Assembly: GCF_049243625.1 (NCBI RefSeq)
Contig: NZ_CP046975.1
DNA length: 32,000 bases
Source: Corynebacterium amycolatum
GTDB taxonomy: Bacteria; Actinomycetota; Actinomycetes; Mycobacteriales; Mycobacteriaceae
Strand: one strand, 5' to 3'
The position numbers and the translations under genes are program-made. The notes under the pieces are model-generated. The model was not told where the DNA came from. It was given only the letters and a program-made list of their open reading frames with translations, and did not search any database. Shown here one piece after another: positions 1 through 7,326 of the stretch (position 1 is its first letter; every line of letters begins with the position of its first letter).

Positions 1-299
1 GCCATCGTGGCCTTGGAAGCCCCGATAGCCGCGGCGGCGGCCTTGAGGTTGAGCATTCCGGTGGCGGGAACGACGGCGATGGCCAGCCCAGTGCGTTTGC
101 CGGATAGCTCGATAATGAGAGTTTTGAAGATGCGTTCGGGCTCGATGCCGAGGTGCTCTAGCAGCCAAGAGGCGGCCTCTTCGCCGAAGTTGTCGCTGCC
201 GTGGGGGAATTGGTGAACGTGGAAGTCGATTCCGGCGTTCTGACAGAAGGCGATGGCCGGGGTGGCGGCAGCGGATTTTTTGGCGGACTTCTTCGACAT
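1..299 (-). CDS. ybaK: Cys-tRNA(Pro)/Cys-tRNA(Cys) deacylase YbaK, N-terminal part (gene runs off the window start)
   Basis: Absent from the ORF track because no stop codon lies inside the window. Reverse complement from the ATG at 299..297 reads [100 protein letters not shown]. This aligns by eye with E. coli YbaK (FGDE..., KTL, LAVAV.P, L.LKK.A.ALGAKK.EMA). The + strand ORF 7..216 is its antisense shadow. Confidence 0.8.
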   Translation of the reverse strand, partial: MSKKSAKKSAAATPAIAFCQNAGIDFHVHQFPHGSDNFGEEAASWLLEHLGIEPERIFKTLIIELSGKRTGLAIAVVPATGMLNLKAAAAAIGASKATM

Positions 300-396
300 A
301 ATTTCCCATCGTTGCACATCAGCGCAATTACGCTACGAAATGCCTGGTGACGGGGGTCTGCCGACTCGTGGGTGCGGATGTTTTAGGATAGGTAGC

Positions 397-1026
397 ATGT
401 CAGGTGATCAGACAGGAACATCGGCCATCCGGACTGATGAGTCGGATGAGGAGCTTGCGCAGCGCTTTGAGCGTGATGCCATGCCGCTTTTGGATCAGCT
501 CTATGGAGCGGCGCTGCGGATGACACGCAACCCCGCCGATGCCGAAGACCTGGTGCAGGAGACCTATATAAAGGCTTTTCAGGGCTTCCGCTCCTACAAG
601 CCGGGCACGAATCTGAAAGCATGGCTCTACCGCATTCTGACGAATGCGTACATCAACAACTACCGCAAGGCGCAGCGTCGTCCTGCCGAGTACGCCACCG
701 ATGACATCACCGATTCACAGATCGCGGAAACCGCGTCGCACACTTCGATAGGGCTGCGCTCTGCTGAGGTTGAAGCGCTGGAAAAGCTTCCTGACGAGGA
801 AATTCGTGACGCTTTGATGAGTCTCAAAGAGGATTACCGGATGGTGGTCTACTACGCCGATGTCGAGGGATTGCCCTACAAGGAAATCGCCGAAATCATG
901 GGCACACCCATCGGAACTGTGATGAGTCGGCTCCACCGTGGAAGAAAACAGCTCCGAGACGCGTTGCACAACGTAGCCGTGGAACGTGGATTCTTGAAAG
1001 AAGAGAAGGGAGATTCTCCGCGATGA
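397..1026 (+). CDS. sigH: ECF sigma factor SigH
   Basis: The translation from M49 of track ORF 253..1026 (MSGDQTG...[73 protein letters not shown]...) is near-identical in its region 2 motifs to mycobacterial/corynebacterial SigH. The region 4 HTH is [28 protein letters not shown]. The upstream 48 codons look non-coding and overlap the divergent ybaK start. The stop overlaps the rshA start (ATGA at 1023-1026). Confidence 0.9.
   Translation: MSGDQTGTSAIRTDESDEELAQRFERDAMPLLDQLYGAALRMTRNPADAEDLVQETYIKAFQGFRSYKPGTNLKAWLYRILTNAYINNYRKAQRRPAEYATDDITDSQIAETASHTSIGLRSAEVEALEKLPDEEIRDALMSLKEDYRMVVYYADVEGLPYKEIAEIMGTPIGTVMSRLHRGRKQLRDALHNVAVERGFLKEEKGDSPR
940..965 (+). promoter_or_regulatory. Candidate SigH-type (ECF) promoter for rshA, located inside the sigH 3' coding region
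   Basis: GGAAGA (940-945), then 16 nt, then CGTT (962-965). This fits the actinobacterial SigH pattern GGAAnn-N16-cGTT as I recall it. It lies about 58 nt upstream of the rshA ATG. A SigH-dependent promoter directly upstream of rshA has been described for C. glutamicum (recalled, not checked). Confidence 0.4.
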
Positions 1027-1331
1027 GCCGAGAGTCGAGCCAAGATATGGAGCAGACGCCAGAGCGCGGGCACGCCTGTGAAGATGCTTTCTGTCAGGAT
1101 GTCCACTCGCGCCTACACGCATTTTTGGATGGCGAGTGTGATTCGGAGGAGCGCCGCTTTCTCGAGGAACACATTCACAAATGCCCTCAGTGCTTAGAAG
1201 AGTTCGGTTCCGAGCAAGCTATCCGACGGCTGCTGCGCCGGTGCTGCCAGCAACCTGCCCCTGAGGACCTCCGCCAGCGCATTACCACCCGCATACGCGT
1301 GTCCTATACGCGGGTGGAGTACCGCAGGTAG
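1023..1331 (+). CDS. rshA: Anti-sigma factor RshA (zinc-associated anti-sigma, ZAS family)
   Basis: ZAS signature HxxxCxxC is present as HIHKCPQC, with an upstream Cys (GHACEDAFC). The gene is small (102 aa) and translationally coupled to sigH (ATGA overlap). An SD-like AAGGGAG sits about 11 nt upstream. Confidence 0.85.
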   Translation: MSRESSQDMEQTPERGHACEDAFCQDVHSRLHAFLDGECDSEERRFLEEHIHKCPQCLEEFGSEQAIRRLLRRCCQQPAPEDLRQRITTRIRVSYTRVEYRR

Positions 1332-1409
1332 TTGCTGGCGGCTAGGTTTTGGCGTGTATTCCTTTGATGCTTAATGCGATGTTTCGTAATGCGGTAGTGC
1401 GAAATACGG

Positions 1410-1448
1410 AAAATCCCAGGTCATGGAGATGTGGCCTGGGATATTTTT
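1410..1448. terminator. Bidirectional intrinsic terminator between rshA (+) and tRNA-Ala (-)
   Basis: Perfect 8-bp stem ATCCCAGG (1413-1420) / CCTGGGAT (1435-1442), extendable by C-G, A-T and two G-U pairs. It is flanked by an A-run on the left and TTTTT (1444-1448) on the right, so a U-tract follows the hairpin on either strand. Confidence 0.55.
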
Positions 1449-1461
1449 GTGGAATTATTTG

Positions 1462-1534
1462 TGGAGCTAAGGGGAATCGAACCCCTGACCTTCGCATTGC
1501 GAACGCGACGCTCTACCAACTGAGCTATAGCCCC
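1462..1534 (-). tRNA. tRNA-Ala (anticodon CGC)
   Basis: The reverse complement GGGGCTATAGCTCAGTTGGTAGAGCGTCGCGTTCGCAATGCGAAGGTCAGGGGTTCGATTCCCCTTAGCTCCA folds as a 73-nt cloverleaf. The acceptor stem is 7 bp with the G3:U70 alanine identity pair. The anticodon loop is UUCGCAA and the T-loop is GGTTCGATTCC. CCA is not encoded. Confidence 0.93.
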
Positions 1535-1664
1535 ATTACTTTCGAGCAACCTAGCTGGAGCTCCTGTAAAAGCTCTATTTTTAGACGTTACTCCCGGTGG
1601 GGTTTGGGCTCCAAACTCGCTGGTAGTGATCTGGCGGATGGTTAATCCTGAAAAGCGAGGATGG

Positions 1665-1686
1665 GGTATCGAAGAGGTATCGAAAA
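1665..1686. repeat. Tandem 11-bp direct repeat (GGTATCGAAGA GGTATCGAAAA, then GGT)
   Basis: Read directly: 1665-1675 and 1676-1686 differ at one position, and a partial third unit (GGT) follows. The period is about one helical turn. It lies in the non-coding gap between tRNA-Ala and the bL37 gene. Confidence 0.6.
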
Positions 1687-1697
1687 GGTGCAGAAAG

Positions 1698-1758
1698 TGA
1701 CTAGGTTTATGACAAAAAACCGCGGGTGAATTCAATTCACGTGTCATAAACCTAGTCA
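1698..1758. repeat. Nested inverted repeat: perfect 17-bp arms enclosing a 15-bp palindrome
   Basis: TGACTAGGTTTATGACA (1698-1714) is the exact reverse complement of TGTCATAAACCTAGTCA (1742-1758). The 27-nt spacer contains GTGAATTCAATTCAC (1726-1740; 7-bp arms around a central C) and a CCGCGG palindrome. No flanking target-site duplication was seen. Confidence 0.65.
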
Positions 1759-1797
1759 GTTTCAGACCTGCTACCCGTTGAGCTCTCCATTGGAGAC

Positions 1798-1852
1798 ACA
1801 AAAACTCCACCTCGTCCTTCGATGCAATACCGAGTTGTGTCGGGGTGGAGTG
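1798..1852 (-). terminator. Probable intrinsic terminator downstream of the bL37 gene
   Basis: On the minus strand, ACTCCACC (1851-1844) pairs with GGTGGAGT (1811-1804) and is followed by TTTTTGTG. The large loop holds smaller CCGA/TCGG and TCG/CGA pairings. It is the only hairpin plus U-tract between the bL37 stop and the next features. Confidence 0.45.
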
Positions 1853-1856
1853 AGAT

Positions 1857-1880
1857 GTCTTAGCCAGTGATGGCTAAGGC
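1857..1880 (-). other. Stable tetraloop stem-loop in the bL37 3' UTR
   Basis: CTTAGCCA (1859-1866) / TGGCTAAG (1871-1878) form a perfect 8-bp stem. It extends by a G-U and a G-C pair to 10 bp. The loop is 4 nt, and the structure lies about 20 nt downstream of the bL37 stop codon. Confidence 0.5.
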
Positions 1881-1899
1881 TGCTGTAACTAAGGGCAAC

Positions 1900-1974
1900 T
1901 TAGCTGTTCGGACGCTTGCCGTGGTTAGCCTTGTTCTTACGGCGGTCCTTGCGCTTACGGCCACGCTTGCTCAT
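1900..1974 (-). CDS. Ribosomal protein bL37 (24-aa actinobacteria-specific large-subunit protein)
   Basis: Too short for the ORF track. Reverse complement: ATG AGC AAG CGT GGC CGT AAG CGC AAG GAC CGC CGT AAG AAC AAG GCT AAC CAC GGC AAG CGT CCG AAC AGC TAA, which gives MSKRGRKRKDRRKNKANHGKRPNS. This closely resembles the bL37 peptide seen in mycobacterial ribosome cryo-EM structures (recalled as M.KRGRK.RDR..SKANHGKRPNA). A purine-rich GAAAGAGAG lies upstream. It is syntenic with whiB1/sigH. Confidence 0.7.
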   Translation of the reverse strand: MSKRGRKRKDRRKNKANHGKRPNS

Positions 1975-2049
1975 AGCTGGGCTCTCTTTCTATCGGGTTA
2001 AACAGGTATCAACCGGTATAGATTACACGGTAAGGGGTAAGTCTTTTAA

Positions 2050-2319
2050 TTAGACTGCGGTGCTGGTGCGAGTGCGACGAGTGCGGCCGCGGTTGCGACG
2101 GCGCTTCAGTGCGCGACGCTCGTCCTCGCTCATGCCGCCCCAGACACCTGCATCCTGGCCGGTCTCAAGTGCCCAAGCCAGGCACTGAGCGGTAACGGGG
2201 CAGCGGTTGCAAACGACCTTGGCCTTAGCAATCTGGGCGAGAGCCGGGCCGGAGTTACCGACTGGGAAGAACAGCTCCGGATCCTCTTCACGACAAACGG
2301 CCTTGTGACGCCAATCCAT
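2050..2319 (-). CDS. whiB1: WhiB-family [4Fe-4S] transcription regulator, WhiB1 orthologue (WhcE in C. glutamicum nomenclature)
   Basis: MDWRHKAVCREEDPELFFPVGNSGPALAQIAKAKVVCNRCPVTAQCLAWALETGQDAGVWGGMSEDERRALKRR is almost residue-for-residue M. tuberculosis WhiB1. It has the four cluster cysteines (C9, C37, C40, C46) and the GVWGG turn. SD AGGAG lies 6 nt upstream of the ATG. Confidence 0.93.
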   Translation of the reverse strand: MDWRHKAVCREEDPELFFPVGNSGPALAQIAKAKVVCNRCPVTAQCLAWALETGQDAGVWGGMSEDERRALKRRRNRGRTRRTRTSTAV

Positions 2320-2804
2320 GACAAACTCCTAAAACATTACGAGCCCCGGGTGAGGGCAGGGTTAAATTTCCTTGCGGGAAGGCAGCTCCGGAAATGGATT
2401 TCGTCAGACACGACAAATCGCCGTATCTCAACGAGGGTTGGGGTTCATTCCCGGTTGCCCAGGGGTATTAGGCATCTTGGGAGGGGCTACCTGTTGCATC
2501 ACCTATGCGACGTGAAAGGTAGTGGGGACTCACCAAAGAGTTTGCGCCTAAAAAGGCGAGACTTGCATAGTTGCACATCCAGTGAACTGCGTGCCTGTCT
2601 CGCTGACGGTTTACATGTTTTCACGACTGGAGCGGTTCGTAAAGAGCAAAATGAATAAAAGTGCCAAACCTCACAGAAAAGTGAAGTTTTGGTTAAAACG
2701 CCAGGTCAAAACTAGCCCCTTGTGGGGGTGATTTTAGTTTTGGTAATTGCAGTAGTGAGGGTGTATGGCGCGTTTTTGTTGGCTTGTCAGTAAACAGTTA
2801 CAGC

Positions 2805-3983
2805 TTAAGCCGGGTTTGCCTCGGTCTTTTGGCTTGTACTGAACAGGCGGCGTGTGCGATCCATGGCCTTTTTGGTCACCACAACGAGCAAGCGCTCGTC
2901 CACGGGGCGGGTAGCGACCTTCTTGGTGAACTGGTCCTCGGTGTAATCGTCGGCACGCGCCACAAAATTGATTGCGCCTTGCTTAACGCGGATGTTGAGG
3001 GAATCGCGCTGATTGATGTACTCGCCGTCCAATTGGAGACGAAGTGGAGCAGTAGCGGTGAGCTGGATGTGCTGAGCGTTGTCAACGCGTCGTTCGCGGG
3101 CTTCTATGTGGAAGGGGGAGCGCAGTCGGGTGAAGAAACCGGCCAAATTGGCTGCGGCGACAAGCCCCGTCACTCCCTTTAAAGAAGTGAAGCCATAAAA
3201 CCCCAGGCCCCTGCGCAGTGACACAGTGGGGTTGGTGACGATGGGGAGGTCGCCGAGGAATGTCCATGGATTGGAGTTGGACACCACAGCCATTGCGAGA
3301 TCGCGGCCAAATTCCTTGCCGTCGATAGTTGCGGTGATTTGTGGCGGGCTTTTGCGCAACTCGTTCCATGCGGTGAAAATTGCCGGCAAATAGCGCACGG
3401 CTTTGGCGCGGGTGCCGTTATGTCGGAGCTGTTCCATGGTGGAAATGACTTCCGCATCGATGCCGATACCGGCATTGACGACGAAGCATCGCTCTGCTGC
3501 ATGTCCAACGCTAATAGCGCTGCGGGTTCGGGAGCGCAGCAGGCTTGCGATGTACCACGCGGCATCTACGGGGTCGCGGGGAATGCCCAACGCACCTGCC
3601 AAGACGTTGGCGCTGCCTGTGGGAATTGTTGCGATGGCAGGCAGGTCAGTGGCAGGCAGTGCGGAGAATGGGTTGGAGTACATGAGCCCATTGACAATCT
3701 CGTTAATGGTTCCGTCGCCGCCGAGGGAAATAATGACGTCGTAATCGCGAACCGTTATTCCCGCGACCATTTCCTCAGCATGGCCGGGGTAAGCGGTGAA
3801 CATGGATGTCAAGCGGATCCCATCGACTGAGCGAAGCGCCCGCACAATGCTGGGCATGCGTCGAGCAGAGTTACTGGTCGAATTCGGATTGGAGATTAGC
3901 AACGCACGCACAGGCACCAAGAGTAGTGCATGAATAGACCTGTGATGGGTGCATTGGTCGACTTGCCTCCAGAGTGTATTCAT
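2805..3983 (-). CDS. Diacylglycerol kinase-family lipid kinase (DAGK_cat / YegS-BmrU type)
   Basis: Catalytic-domain motifs are present: ALLISNPNSTS, then DVIISLGGDGTINEIVNGL, then IPTGSANVLA. The start is uncertain: ATG 3983 has GGTGAG upstream, and in-frame TTG/GTG codons 22-25 are alternatives. Confidence 0.8.
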   Translation of the reverse strand: MNTLWRQVDQCTHHRSIHALLLVPVRALLISNPNSTSNSARRMPSIVRALRSVDGIRLTSMFTAYPGHAEEMVAGITVRDYDVIISLGGDGTINEIVNGLMYSNPFSALPATDLPAIATIPTGSANVLAGALGIPRDPVDAAWYIASLLRSRTRSAISVGHAAERCFVVNAGIGIDAEVISTMEQLRHNGTRAKAVRYLPAIFTAWNELRKSPPQITATIDGKEFGRDLAMAVVSNSNPWTFLGDLPIVTNPTVSLRRGLGFYGFTSLKGVTGLVAAANLAGFFTRLRSPFHIEARERRVDNAQHIQLTATAPLRLQLDGEYINQRDSLNIRVKQGAINFVARADDYTEDQFTKKVATRPVDERLLVVVTKKAMDRTRRLFSTSQKTEANPA

Positions 3984-4011
3984 CGGTTCTCACCGGGCTA
4001 ACATGTAGGGC

Positions 4012-4470
4012 GTGAGTAACCAGAAAAACAGCAGCAATGCGTCCAAATCGCGTACTACTGACCAGCTTGCGGTAACTGACGGGCCGATGGCCGCACCTCA
4101 GGTTGTCGTGGTCGGTGCGTGGATCGGTGTCGCCGAATGTACCCTCGGTCTGGGCTACGGAGTCTTCCTTCTGATTCGTGATTTGATGGGGTACCGCGAC
4201 GAGGTCGCGGTCATTTCCGGTTGGGGTACCGCGCTGTGGTTCCTTCTCATTTTTGGCTCTGTTCTCGCTGGTGCGATTATGTTGCTGCGTGGCGCCCGTT
4301 GGGGGCGCGGGCCGATTATTATGCTCAACCTCTGCTTGCTGGGTGTGGCCTATTACATGTTCCGCTCGAGCGCTTTTCTGCTGGCTCTGCCGACGGCGGC
4401 AGCTTCAATTGCGGCGCTGGTCTGTATGTTTAGTCCGAAGGCGATTGACTGGGCTGCCCGCTCTTTTTAA
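4012..4470 (+). CDS. Integral membrane protein, function unknown
   Basis: 152-aa ORF with about four hydrophobic segments (VVVVGAWIGVAECTLGLGYGVFLLI, WGTALWFLLIFGSVLAGAIMLL, IIMLNLCLLGVAYYMF, LLALPTAAASIAALVCMF). I recognise no family motif. GTG start. Its stop overlaps the stop of the convergent gene. Confidence 0.6.
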   Translation: MSNQKNSSNASKSRTTDQLAVTDGPMAAPQVVVVGAWIGVAECTLGLGYGVFLLIRDLMGYRDEVAVISGWGTALWFLLIFGSVLAGAIMLLRGARWGRGPIIMLNLCLLGVAYYMFRSSAFLLALPTAAASIAALVCMFSPKAIDWAARSF

Positions 4471-5798
4471 ATTTCGATGACGAACGCGTCGACTGACTCA
4501 CCGCGCTGAACCAGTAGCGTGTCACCGACAACTGCAAGACGCACGGGCAGTTCCGGCTTGTCCGCATCATTTGCATGAGTGGACTTCGCAGCTGCAGGCA
4601 ACGGGAGTGTGCCGATAATTTCGAGAGTTGAGGCATTCAATACCGCGACTCCGTCAGCGACTGGCATGAAAACATGCTCACCCCATGGAGCTGGGGTCCC
4701 TGTGGCCTCAGGAAACTCGAAATCCGGTGCCAGGGTGCTCGGACGGAAGCCAAGTAATCCACGTGGCGACCACCACGTCATGTGATGGGGGAGATCCGTT
4801 GTAAAAGGCGCACGCGGGGCATCGCCGTCGGAGTTAGCTTCAGCCGGTGCTGGACGCAGGGTAGTCTCACCCAGCGCCAATTCAGTTAGCATCGTGCCGT
4901 CCATACGAAAAACGCGAATGCGATTGTCTGTTAGTACCGCTGCCGTGTCCTGGCCAATCGATACCAGCGACATATCTGCAGTTACTGGACCAAGGTCAAT
5001 ATCGCTCTTGACCTCTGGTTTCCGCGATTCCTCCGGATTTGCCACCTGCATGACCAGGCGTCCGTGACCATCGCAATTGTTTACAACGGCCAGCAGCTCC
5101 ACGCGTGTGAGCGCACTGATAATCGAACACTCTGGATGTGGCTGCATCTTCGGTTCCGGGGATGCTGGAATCTTGCCGTACTCGACTACTCGGACCAAGT
5201 CAGAACGCCACAGCTCCAGGAATCCAGAGTCGTAGACACCCGCGTATGAATTCGAGCGCACGGCGGCAAGGCTGTCAGCCGCAATCGATTTTCGGGTCGC
5301 GACATACTGCCCCGAATCGGGTTTGAGTGCAACGGTCTCACCGCAGCCAGCTGCCCCGCGAAAAGTCGCGAAAACTTGGCCATCACTGCCCGAGAGCGCA
5401 CACAGCGGAATATCTCGTCGATAGTGCCATCGCTCCGTGCCGTCGTTAAGCGAGATAGCACGCACGCCCCGGTCCTCAGCAACGATGAGGGAGTTGTCCA
5501 TCACCAGTGGCGCCGGGGAGATGGTGTGCGTGCTTGTGCTTGCCGACGATTCGGTGGACCACACCGGCCGGAGAGTATGTGGCATTGCCTCCGGATCGTT
5601 CGCAGCCGGGGCTTGCATTGCCGAGCCGGCAGAAGCCGTCGTTTCAGTGCGATCGACCTTGCGGGCCGGGGAAGCGACCCATGTCCAACCGATGACTAGC
5701 ACTACGGCGATGATGAGAATGACTGATGCGATTCGATTTCGACGCAGTCGGGTCTCTGCAGTGGTGGGCTCAGCGTTGGCTTGTGGTGACTGCAGCAC
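4467..5798 (-). CDS. Membrane-anchored beta-propeller-like protein (Rv3212-like conserved Ala/Val-rich protein)
   Basis: It has an N-terminal TM anchor (IASVILIIAVVLVIGWTWVA) followed by a roughly 390-aa region with a repetitive strand-like pattern (PQQ-like repeat impression). Its position immediately downstream of rhlE matches the M. tuberculosis Rv3211-Rv3212 pair (recalled). Confidence 0.65.
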   Translation of the reverse strand: MLQSPQANAEPTTAETRLRRNRIASVILIIAVVLVIGWTWVASPARKVDRTETTASAGSAMQAPAANDPEAMPHTLRPVWSTESSASTSTHTISPAPLVMDNSLIVAEDRGVRAISLNDGTERWHYRRDIPLCALSGSDGQVFATFRGAAGCGETVALKPDSGQYVATRKSIAADSLAAVRSNSYAGVYDSGFLELWRSDLVRVVEYGKIPASPEPKMQPHPECSIISALTRVELLAVVNNCDGHGRLVMQVANPEESRKPEVKSDIDLGPVTADMSLVSIGQDTAAVLTDNRIRVFRMDGTMLTELALGETTLRPAPAEANSDGDAPRAPFTTDLPHHMTWWSPRGLLGFRPSTLAPDFEFPEATGTPAPWGEHVFMPVADGVAVLNASTLEIIGTLPLPAAAKSTHANDADKPELPVRLAVVGDTLLVQRGESVDAFVIEI

Positions 5799-5867
5799 GG
5801 TTGGAATGTCCTGTCGACGAGTGGTCGTGGAGAGAAGTGAGGCGGGGGAGTTGGCACGCGCAGCAGT

Positions 5868-7268
5868 TTAGCGGCGGCGATGAGAATTGGAGTGGCCGTC
5901 CCGCCGTGAGTTTCGTCCTTGGCCGCGATTGCGATGGTGAGGCTGTGAGCGGTTGTTTCGCGGACCTCTTCCGCCACGCCCGCGAGGCGGTCGGGACCCC
6001 AACACCGGACGGGCTGGCCCGACCTTCTCATCGATTCCCTCGGGGATGTCAAGAGCTTCGGCGAGCTCGGGGGAGGTGGAAAACCACGTCGGAATCTCGG
6101 CCATGTCCAGGTCGAGAGCATCTGAAATAGCCTTCCACTTTGCGGTCTCATCCCAGCCGACGAGCGTAACGGCGACACCTCTGTGTCCCGCGCGTCCGGT
6201 ACGGCCGATGCGGTGGACATAAGTCATTTCGTCATCGGGCACCTGGTGGTTGATGACGTGGGTGACATCGTCGATGTCGATACCGCGAGCCGCGACATCG
6301 GTTGCGACCAGGACGTCGACGTCGCCATTGCGGAACGCCGTCAGTGAGCGCTCACGTGCAGGCTGGCCCATATCGCCGTGGACGGCGGTGACCAGGAAGC
6401 CCCGCTCGCCGAGCTGCTCAGCAACGGAAGCGGCACCACGCTTTGTACGAGCAAAAATGATGGTGCGACCACGACCGTTGGCTTGCAGGATGCGGGCAAT
6501 GACTGAAACCTTATCCATTTGGTGCGATTGGAAAACAATCTGCTTAGTGGTCTCATGGACTGTGGCCTCTTCCTCGCCTGATTCAGCGCGGATGTGCACC
6601 GGGCGATTCATAAAGGTACGTGCGAGAGTCAGAATAGGGCCCGGCATTGTTGCCGAGAAGAGCATGGTCTGACGTTCATCCGGCACCGCAGCCAGAATCT
6701 TCTCGATGTCCGGCAGGAAACCCAAGTCGAGCATTTCGTCGGCCTCGTCGAGAACCAAAATCTTTACGCCTGACAGCTCTAGATTATTGCGCTGGTAAAG
6801 ATCGATGAGACGGCCCGGAGTGCCGACGATGATGTCCACGCCGCGGTCTAGCTGTTCAATCTGTTCCTCATAGGGGTGGCCACCGTAAATGGTGCATACA
6901 CGCAGATTGGTTGAGTGCGCAGCGCGGGCTAAGTCCTCGCCGACCTGCACGCACAGCTCACGGGTGGGAACGACGATGATTGCGCGGGCAGTGCCATCCG
7001 GTTCTGGAATGCGGGCGTCATCAAAGACGCGGTCAATGAGGGGGACACCAAACCCAAGGGTTTTTCCCATGCCAGTACGGGCTTGGCCGATGATGTCCGT
7101 GCCGTCGAGCGCCAAGGGCAGCGTCAGTTCCTGGATGGCAAATGTGCGGTTGATTCCTTCGTCGGCGAGTGCGTCGCAGATTTCCGCGGCGACCCCCAAT
7201 TCGACGAATGTCGGGGACTGGGACTCTGCCACGGCGACTCCTTTGCTGTTTGTAACCTCACGTGACAC
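5868..7268 (-). CDS. rhlE: DEAD-box ATP-dependent RNA helicase
   Basis: All core motifs are present: Q-motif region (TFVELGV...), motif I AQARTGMGKT, Ia PTRELC, II VLDEADEML, III SAT, VI HRIGRTGRAG. It has an Arg/Gly/His-rich basic C-terminal tail (RPPRGRGGRGPRNNRSQPHHRNRGQGRNSRR...). GTG start at 7268. Confidence 0.92.
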   Translation of the reverse strand: MSREVTNSKGVAVAESQSPTFVELGVAAEICDALADEGINRTFAIQELTLPLALDGTDIIGQARTGMGKTLGFGVPLIDRVFDDARIPEPDGTARAIIVVPTRELCVQVGEDLARAAHSTNLRVCTIYGGHPYEEQIEQLDRGVDIIVGTPGRLIDLYQRNNLELSGVKILVLDEADEMLDLGFLPDIEKILAAVPDERQTMLFSATMPGPILTLARTFMNRPVHIRAESGEEEATVHETTKQIVFQSHQMDKVSVIARILQANGRGRTIIFARTKRGAASVAEQLGERGFLVTAVHGDMGQPARERSLTAFRNGDVDVLVATDVAARGIDIDDVTHVINHQVPDDEMTYVHRIGRTGRAGHRGVAVTLVGWDETAKWKAISDALDLDMAEIPTWFSTSPELAEALDIPEGIDEKVGPARPVLGSRPPRGRGGRGPRNNRSQPHHRNRGQGRNSRRDGHSNSHRRR

Positions 7269-7326
7269 GACGGCTTAATCGGTCTCTCTAATCCTAGCCG
7301 CTTTGGGAATGGTTATGATGTCACCT

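Noticed and set aside
253-396. N-terminal extensions offered by the ORF track: sigH from 253, adnA from 9307, adnB from 12720, pgm from 26531, AGCS to 25425, second crcB to 26040, PPOX from 29938.
   Set aside because: The extensions overlap upstream genes or intergenic DNA and have atypical composition. Internal starts with SD sequences and homologue-like N-termini are available in each case.
1726-1740. GTGAATTCAATTCAC considered as a CRP/GlxR operator (TGTGA-N6-TCACA).
   Set aside because: The palindrome is odd-centred, so GTGA and TCAC are 7 nt apart rather than 6, and the flanking T/A of the consensus are absent. It is kept only as an unexplained palindrome.
2426-2452. SigH-like GGGAAT...CGTTGAG on the minus strand upstream of whiB1. 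This is tempting because whcE/whiB1 expression is reported to depend on SigH in C. glutamicum.
   Set aside because: The spacer between the AAT of the -35 element and CGT is only 13 nt, versus the 16-17 nt typical of ECF/SigH promoters. As read, it does not fit the consensus geometry.
2435-2485. G-tracts GGGTTGGGG ... AGGGG ... GGGAGGGG on the + strand, considered as a G-quadruplex.
   Set aside because: The loops between tracts are 17-18 nt and 12 nt, well beyond canonical G4 rules, and the strand is antisense to the only nearby gene. The region is reported only as C-rich boxes in the whiB1 leader.
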